Of a stretch of 64,000 nucleotides of DNA, positions 56,510 through 64,000 are shown piece after piece. The translations under genes and the position numbers were made by a program. Source of the stretch: Eledone cirrhosa. Its lineage: Eukaryota. The notes under the pieces were generated by a model. It was not told where the DNA came from, ran no database searches, and saw only the letters and a program-made list of their open reading frames with translations. Where the stretch lies: the NCBI GenBank assembly GCA_964016885.1, contig OZ024758.1, positions 930,001 to 994,000 on the forward strand. The letters are read 5' to 3'. Numbering within the stretch: position 1 is the stretch's first letter; every line of letters begins with the position of its first letter.

Positions 56510-56635
<126 letters not shown>

Positions 56636-58412
56636 CGGAGGTATCTTATGCTCGATAAGGATATTTCTGTTTGGGCATGAATGGTATCATATCATGGGAG
56701 AAACAAAATAAAATGGGTATGGTTATATGACCCTTAAGTTCTGCTTTCAAATAAATCCGAGGTTCCTTGTTGGCTTCCTTTCTTCCGGGACCAATAAAAC
56801 AGGGTACCATTTATATACTGGAGGGGAAGTAATCGGCTGCGCCTGCCCTCATCCCACATAAAACGTGTGGCCATGTGTGTAAGTTAGGGATCATTATAAG
56901 TATGAGTGAAATGGTAGAACAAGGGACAAAATAGTTGATGGTATTTAGTTACAGAGCTGAATAGCCACCATTCTCGTTGATTTTATCTCTCACACTTCCG
57001 GTTTCGATAATCTAATAAATGATAAGAATCAGTGTGATATGGCACAAGTCTTCCATAATATGTGCTGTGTTGAAAGATTGTTGTAGTTGTTGTTGGTGGT
57101 GGAGTTGTTGTTGGTAGTGGTGGTGGTGTTGTCGTTGTTGTTGTTGGTGTTGGTGGTGGTGGTGGGAGGGCTGTAATGTTGTTGTTGGTGATGTTGGTGT
57201 TATTGTTGGTGTCGTTAGTGTTGTTGGTAGTGTTGGTGGTGGCGTTGTCGTCGTTGTTGTTGTTGGTGGTGGTGGTGTTGTAGTTGTTGTTGGTAGTGCT
57301 GTTGTTGTTATTAGTGGTGGTGGTGTTGTTTTTTGGTGGTGTTGTTGTTGTTGTTGTTGTTGTTTTTTGTTGTTGGTGGTGTTGTTGTCGTTGTTGTTTT
57401 TGGTGGTGTTGTCGGCGTTGCTGTTGTTTTTGGTGATGTTGTTGTCGTTGTTGTTGTTATAGCTGCTGCTGTTTCGGTTACAGGTATTTAGCCGCAGATC
57501 AGTTCCAATCAAGCATATATGTACGTATGTATGATATATGCATGTGTGTGTATGTGTGTACGTGTGTACGTGTGTGTGTATGTATCCGACTCCTGTATTG
57601 TGCAAGCTGTTTATTTATCAACCTCGGAAGAATGAAATTCAAAGTTGCTCATGTCATGATTTGAACACGAATACTATTTCCTAACGAATCGCCGCCAATT
57701 AGTGGCTTTCATTCATCTTTACCTGGACAATAAATAAAATAATAATCTAGGACGGTTGACTGAATAGTTTAAATGTTGGTTGGAATATCCTGAAATATTT
57801 GGTTTGGCTCTTTTCCTTCTCAGTTCAAACCCACGCTGGTGATATTCTCACTCCCTCGCCCGTTTTAAGACGATCAACAGGTCCATGGTTATGTTTACCG
57901 GATTCCTCTCTCTTGCAAGCACATTGTTTATATCTGCGGTTCAAGGATATATTCTTATATCCCTCACAATATTATCTGGGGCTCATAAACTAAATTACAA
58001 CAAACTAAGAATCAGGGCGTTGCTCTTCATCCCGAAAAAAGCGATGAAAAAGAAAATGATCAACAGAGTTGTGAAGATTTTTACCTCGATGATATAAAAA
58101 GAAACGGGTTTGTTAAGATATCTGCTCCGATTCCAGCTGTAGTTGACTGTTCCTTTCATTCCTGCCGTTGGTGGTGTCGTTAAATAAATAAATATAAGAG
58201 GGGAGAGTCTAGTAAGATACTAGTAACCGAGTTAATCGACCATATTCCCTCCTACTCCTATAAAAGTCAATCTGATCCTAATTAATAGAAATCCTCTTTT
58301 CTATATTCAATTCCCAACGTTTCAACCGGCGATCTTTTATCGTTATTTATCTCTTTTGTATTTATTCGGACTTTATATGTAACAACACACACATACACAC
58401 ATATATATATAT

Positions 58413-58473
<61 letters not shown>

Positions 58474-58712
58474 ATATTATGAGAGCAACATATAAATAAT
58501 TCATTCACACATACTCATACATATGTAAATACATATACATATATACAAGCACACACACACACACATATATATATATAGATGTGTCTGTTATATATATATA
58601 TATATACAGAGACCAACACAGAGGTATCGTCCATGTTTCTCAGAAATAATACATGGCTCCACCAAGTGATAACATCTGATATCAAAGAGATGTTTCAACA
58701 AACTGTTCTCCC

Positions 58713-59480
58713 AGTTGTTGTTAGGCTTATGTTTAGTTGTTGGTATCGTTGTTGTTGTTAGGGGTATGTTTAGTTGTTGGTATTGTTGTTGTTGTTAGGC
58801 TTATGTTTGGTTGTTGGTGTCGTTGTTGTTGTTGTTAGGGGTATGTTTAGTTGTTGGTATTGTTGTTGTTGTTAGGCTTATGTTTGGTTGTTGGTGTCGT
58901 TGTTGTTGTTGTTAGGCTTATGTTTAGTTGTTGGTATTGTTGTTGTTGTTAGGCTTATGTTTAGTTGTTGGTGTTGTTGTTGTTGTTAGGGGTATGTTTA
59001 GTTGTTGGTATTGTTGTTGTTGTTAGGCTTATGTTTAGTTGTTGGTGTCGTTGTTGTTGTTAGGGGTATGTTTAGTTGTTGGTGTCGTTGTTGTTGTTGT
59101 TAGGGGTATGTTTAGTTGTTGGTATTGTTGTTGTTGTTAGGCTTATGTTTAGTTGTTGGTGTTGTTGTTGTTGTTAGGCTTATGTTTAGTTGTTGGTGTT
59201 GTTGTTGTTGCTAGGGGTATGTTTAGTTGTTGGTGTTGTTGTTGTTGTTGTTAGGGGTATGTTTAGTTGTTGGTGTTGTTGTTGTTGTTAGGGGTATGTT
59301 TAGTTGTTGGTGCTGTTGTTGTTGTTTGGCTTATGTTTGGTTGTTGGTGTCGTTGTTGTTGTTGTTAGGGGTATGTTTAGTTGTTGGTTCTGTTGTTGTT
59401 GTTGTTGTTGTTAGGGTTATGTTTGGTTGTTGGTGTTTGAGGCGGTGGTGGTGTTGTTGTTGTTGGTGATAGGGTTATGT
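58713..59480. repeat. ~33-39-bp minisatellite, (gtt)n-TTAGG(GG/CT)TATG-TTTAGTTGTTGGT, about 20 units
   Basis: Directly visible, with two interspersed variants (ttaggggtatg and ttaggcttatg). Confidence 0.92.
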
Positions 59481-59673
59481 TTAGTTGTTACTGTTGTTGT
59501 TATTATTGAGGTTGCTGCTGATAATGCTGATGTTGTTGAAATTGTTGTAGTTGTTGTTGCTGTTGTTGCTGTTGTTGTTGCTGATGTTGTTGTTGTTGTT
59601 GTTGTCATGGGAGTTTCTATTTATTTACATGGAACGCTAGGATTTCCTTGGCACACATACAAGATAAGAAGGT

Positions 59674-59737
<64 letters not shown>

Positions 59738-60225
59738 GAAAGTGGAGCAGCAGCAGCAGCAGCAACAGCAGTGGTACCAGTTGCAACAACAGGGGCAACA
59801 ACAGCAGCATAATAACAGAGTAGCAGCAGCAGAACTAGGAGCAGCTACATCAGCTATAGCAACAGCAGTAGCAACCCCATCACCACTACTACCACCACAG
59901 TCAATACCACAGCACCAACACAACACCACAACCGCTAGTACCACCATCATCACCAACACCACCAACTCAACAAGAACAACCACCACAAACCCCTCCACCC
60001 CTACCACCATGACCACCACTTAAATCCCATCATCATCATCATCAAAACAAAGTGAGGTAAATCTCTAAACTCTATACCGCACCCTTAAGAGTCAAAGTTA
60101 AAGTTGATAAGGATGAAAGGAGGTTTTCGGGTGGTTTGTAAGGTAACATTGTTTCACACTATACACAACACACCCTCACACTGATGTGTGTAAGCGTGTC
60201 TACACACACACGCACACATAGACAC

Positions 60226-60269
<44 letters not shown>

Positions 60270-60316
60270 GTATTTATCAATATATATATACATTTAAATT
60301 TGTATATATAAATATA

Positions 60317-60348
<32 letters not shown>

Positions 60349-60394
60349 CATTTATATTTGTATATATAAATATATATATGTGTATATATATATG

Positions 60395-60644
<250 letters not shown>

Positions 60645-60714
60645 TGTGTATATATATATATATATGTGTGTGGTGTGTGTGGTGTGTGTGTGTGTGTGTG
60701 TGTGTATCACTGTG

Positions 60715-60778
<64 letters not shown>

Positions 60779-60872
60779 CACAGGCACACGCAAACACACA
60801 CATATATATAAATATATGTACACCAACACGCACATATGTGTGTATGTGCGTGTGTGAGAGTGTAAGAGAGAC

Positions 60873-60950
<78 letters not shown>

Positions 60951-61051
60951 CACAAAGTTCAAAGAAACCAATGGAAAACAATAACAAAGAAACAGAAAAG
61001 GAGTAGTGGGAGGAGAAGCGATTACAAGAAGAAAAAGAGAGAGGCAGGGAT

Positions 61052-61214
<163 letters not shown>

Positions 61215-61939
61215 AGAGAGCGAGAGAGAGAGAGAGAGAGAGAGAGTAGGAAGAATGAGAAGAAGTATGCAGATATGAAGCGGGTTCCAACGAGTACATT
61301 TCTGCCAGACTTGTAGATAATATATATTTGTGCTGTCAGAGCAATCTTTGTGGGTGTGGTCTGACTACAATCCAGAGAAGTACAAAGACTAAGGTTTCGG
61401 ACAACTACACTAACAGTAGATGAAAAAGAAAGAAAAACTATGACAACAACAATGAAAAACATATATGAAAACCGAAGTCAACGAGACAAACGTCCTGACT
61501 GTCACCTGACATGCTAGAAATAACAGTCAACTTTTTGTTAACGAGGAATCATCGACCAACGACCATCTAACGATGGAGCTTTTACCTAACCAGCAAAGGA
61601 AGCTTCTATGCAGACCCACGATCAACGGAAAATAAGAGACATATACTCTACCAATAACGCTCTCAGTATTTACTCATAAAAAAGTTATCATTCATATATA
61701 TATTCTCCGAAATGGCTAACTAATTACAAAAGTGCTTTCCTCCTGTGTAAAAATAGAATTCCATTTCCTTTCATTCTTACTTAACATTTTCACTATCTAT
61801 CACCGATGAAGAACTAACGTCCGAAACATAAAGACACCTTTCCTACTATACTACCAGTTAAACTAGTTTATATCTATATTGTTCTGCATTAATCTGCCGT
61901 GTTGATTCTCCTTGTGGATTTTCGGATATATATGCTCAC

Positions 61940-62313
61940 ACATACATACATACATACATACATACATACATACATACATACATACATACATACATACATA
62001 CATACATACATACATACACTCATATATACATGGTGGCTGACAACTCGTTTTCGAGTACGTTCGACTACATTATATCCATGTAGGAGAACCCCTACCGATG
62101 CGCTGAACGAGTGTGACTTTTTCGTCCAGCCAGCGACATGAAAACTCTGGTACAAACACTACACTTGTGACAATTATTGACACATAGTGCTGGGCCCATG
62201 GTACCATGTGACGTCAAGTGCAGAGAGATCCCCAGATATAAAGCAATGCCTGTACCGTGAAGCTTTTATGGTGAGCAAAGGCACTGCACAAAGCCAGTCC
62301 CACTCTCTTAACC
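61940..62313 (-). mobile_element. Second copy of the RTE-derived element, with (TATG)n tail
   Basis: Reverse complement of 7316-7620; encodes HKCSVCTRVFMSLAGRKSHTRSAHR*. Confidence 0.85.
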
Positions 62314-62919
62314 ATATACATACATCAATATATACATACATCAATATATATATACATCAATACATAAAATATACATATATATATACACACATACATACAA
62401 CTTAAACACACCTGTTGTAAACGCAAGAGATTCCACATTAATATACTCACACATACATATACACATACATACACATATACGCACAAACATACACGAACAA
62501 ACAAACACAAACACACACACACACACACAAACAAACACACACATGAATACACACATGAACACTCACACACCACGGGCCCATACACTCACACACGGGTCCA
62601 CACACGCACACACGGACCCATACAGACATACAAGGCTCCACACACCGATACACGTGTCCACACACCCACACACGCTCCCAGAAACACCTGTTGAAATTCT
62701 ACTTCAATCGGTTTTATCAATTAGAGTAGCAGTTGTATGAAGAATGGAACAGCCTGTTGATATTAACATAAGAGTGTCGGGGAATTCCACACTCACGTGT
62801 ACTTTTATCGTAGTACTCTGCTAGATTCAGCGTGACAAGTAACTGTTACAACTCAATGTAAGTGAACAGGATGAGTGAACAAGAACAACAGGAATAAAAC
62901 TCTTTATATATGTGTATAT

Positions 62920-63112
62920 AGTGGAGGTTCGTAGCTTAGTAGTTAGAGTGGTGGACTATCAAACATATTCCTTGACTGTATTATATATTGTCTTCTTGAA
63001 CAAAGCCCCTCATTTCCCGCTGCTCCAATATATTCAGCTGTAAATGTGTATCTGCAATCGTTGGCTCGCTGGGAGCTTAAACATACGATGGATTGGTGTC
63101 CTGTCCAGGGGT
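62920..63112 (+). mobile_element. SINE family B, diverged
   Basis: gtagcttagtagttagagtg head; ttgtcttcttgaacaaagc...gctcca...cagctgtaaatg; gatggattggtgtcctgtccagggg. Confidence 0.7.
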
Positions 63113-63114
63113 TT

Positions 63115-63170
<56 letters not shown>

Positions 63171-63199
63171 CTACGTAAACACACATCTCTCTCTCTCTC

Positions 63200-63246
<47 letters not shown>

Positions 63247-64000
63247 TGCATTCATACTGATGCATCACGTGTAAGGATTTAGTCATTAATATTGACTTCA
63301 CAAATTCGGCTGGAAATATATTTTTATTATTTTCCACAGACCATGACGTACTTTGAAACGAAATAATAAAAGCCAATCTTCAGACTAGATCAAAAAATTT
63401 ATTTTTCTACAGGCCTTCCATTTCTTTCTTTTTTTTTCTCTTTTTTTAAAACATTTTTGTACTATCTGCAGATCTCAAATCCTGGCATAAACCTCAGTGA
63501 TACTCCGATTACAGTAGGCGGGTTTAGAACTCCGAATGCACAGATCTGTAACAGATACCGCAAATCATTTCGACCGACTCTTTGACGTATCTTTGGACTC
63601 AGTAACCAAACACGATACAAGAAATTTGTCCGACACATTACTTTTAATACCAACACACCGATCCCATATAAACTACCATATTGGAGCTATTGCTATAAAT
63701 TGTACTCAAATAAGAAATTACATCCAAGATCCATAACATCAAGAAAGTAAATGTTTATCTTCAGCAGAACTGCCCACCAAAGCAATTTACTTACAAACCT
63801 GAAGTTGATACTCTTCCTCCTTAGGATATTTGACCGAGGAGATAAAGAAATGATATATTGTATTTCGTGTTTTCTTGAGTCCTGTCGTCTTTCTTCTTTT
63901 AACTTTCTACAACTAATCTGTTTCGGTGTCGTAAGATAGAGTATGAATATCTATGTGTCTATCTGCCTCAGCATTATTTTCTGTAAATACGTATATATCT

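Noticed and set aside
59742-60023. Poly-Q / Thr-rich ORF
   Set aside because: A low-complexity CAG/CAA/ACC tract next to (GA)n, like many others in the window, with no exon evidence.
63471-63740. Candidate exon after a pyrimidine tract (ctgcag|)
   Set aside because: All frames stop within about 40 codons of the acceptor and no homology is recognisable.

Overview
This is AT-rich, microsatellite-saturated eukaryotic non-coding DNA. The SINE families and the density of (TA)n, (TACA)n and (GA)n tracts suggest an octopus or other coleoid cephalopod genome (inference). I find no supportable host protein-coding gene: nearly all listed ORFs are translations of simple repeats. The window holds two tRNA-derived SINE families, decayed LINE fragments (L1/Tx1-like, RTE endonuclease, tandemly amplified RTE ORF piece, bipartite RTE-derived element), a non-autonomous Helitron, hAT- and mariner-type MITEs, a foldback element with two Pol III-like heads, and several minisatellites, including a near-perfect 48-bp x ~40 array. 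The most notable signal is a dispersed set of type I hammerhead ribozyme motifs. One family has four copies (5852-5918, 10149-10218, 10290-10360, 53685-53745) that share helix I and a near-invariant core while helix II and the helix III palindrome differ in sequence but keep pairing. A second, Penelope-like family and several decayed motifs are also present. All calls were made by eye; no searches or folding programs were run.
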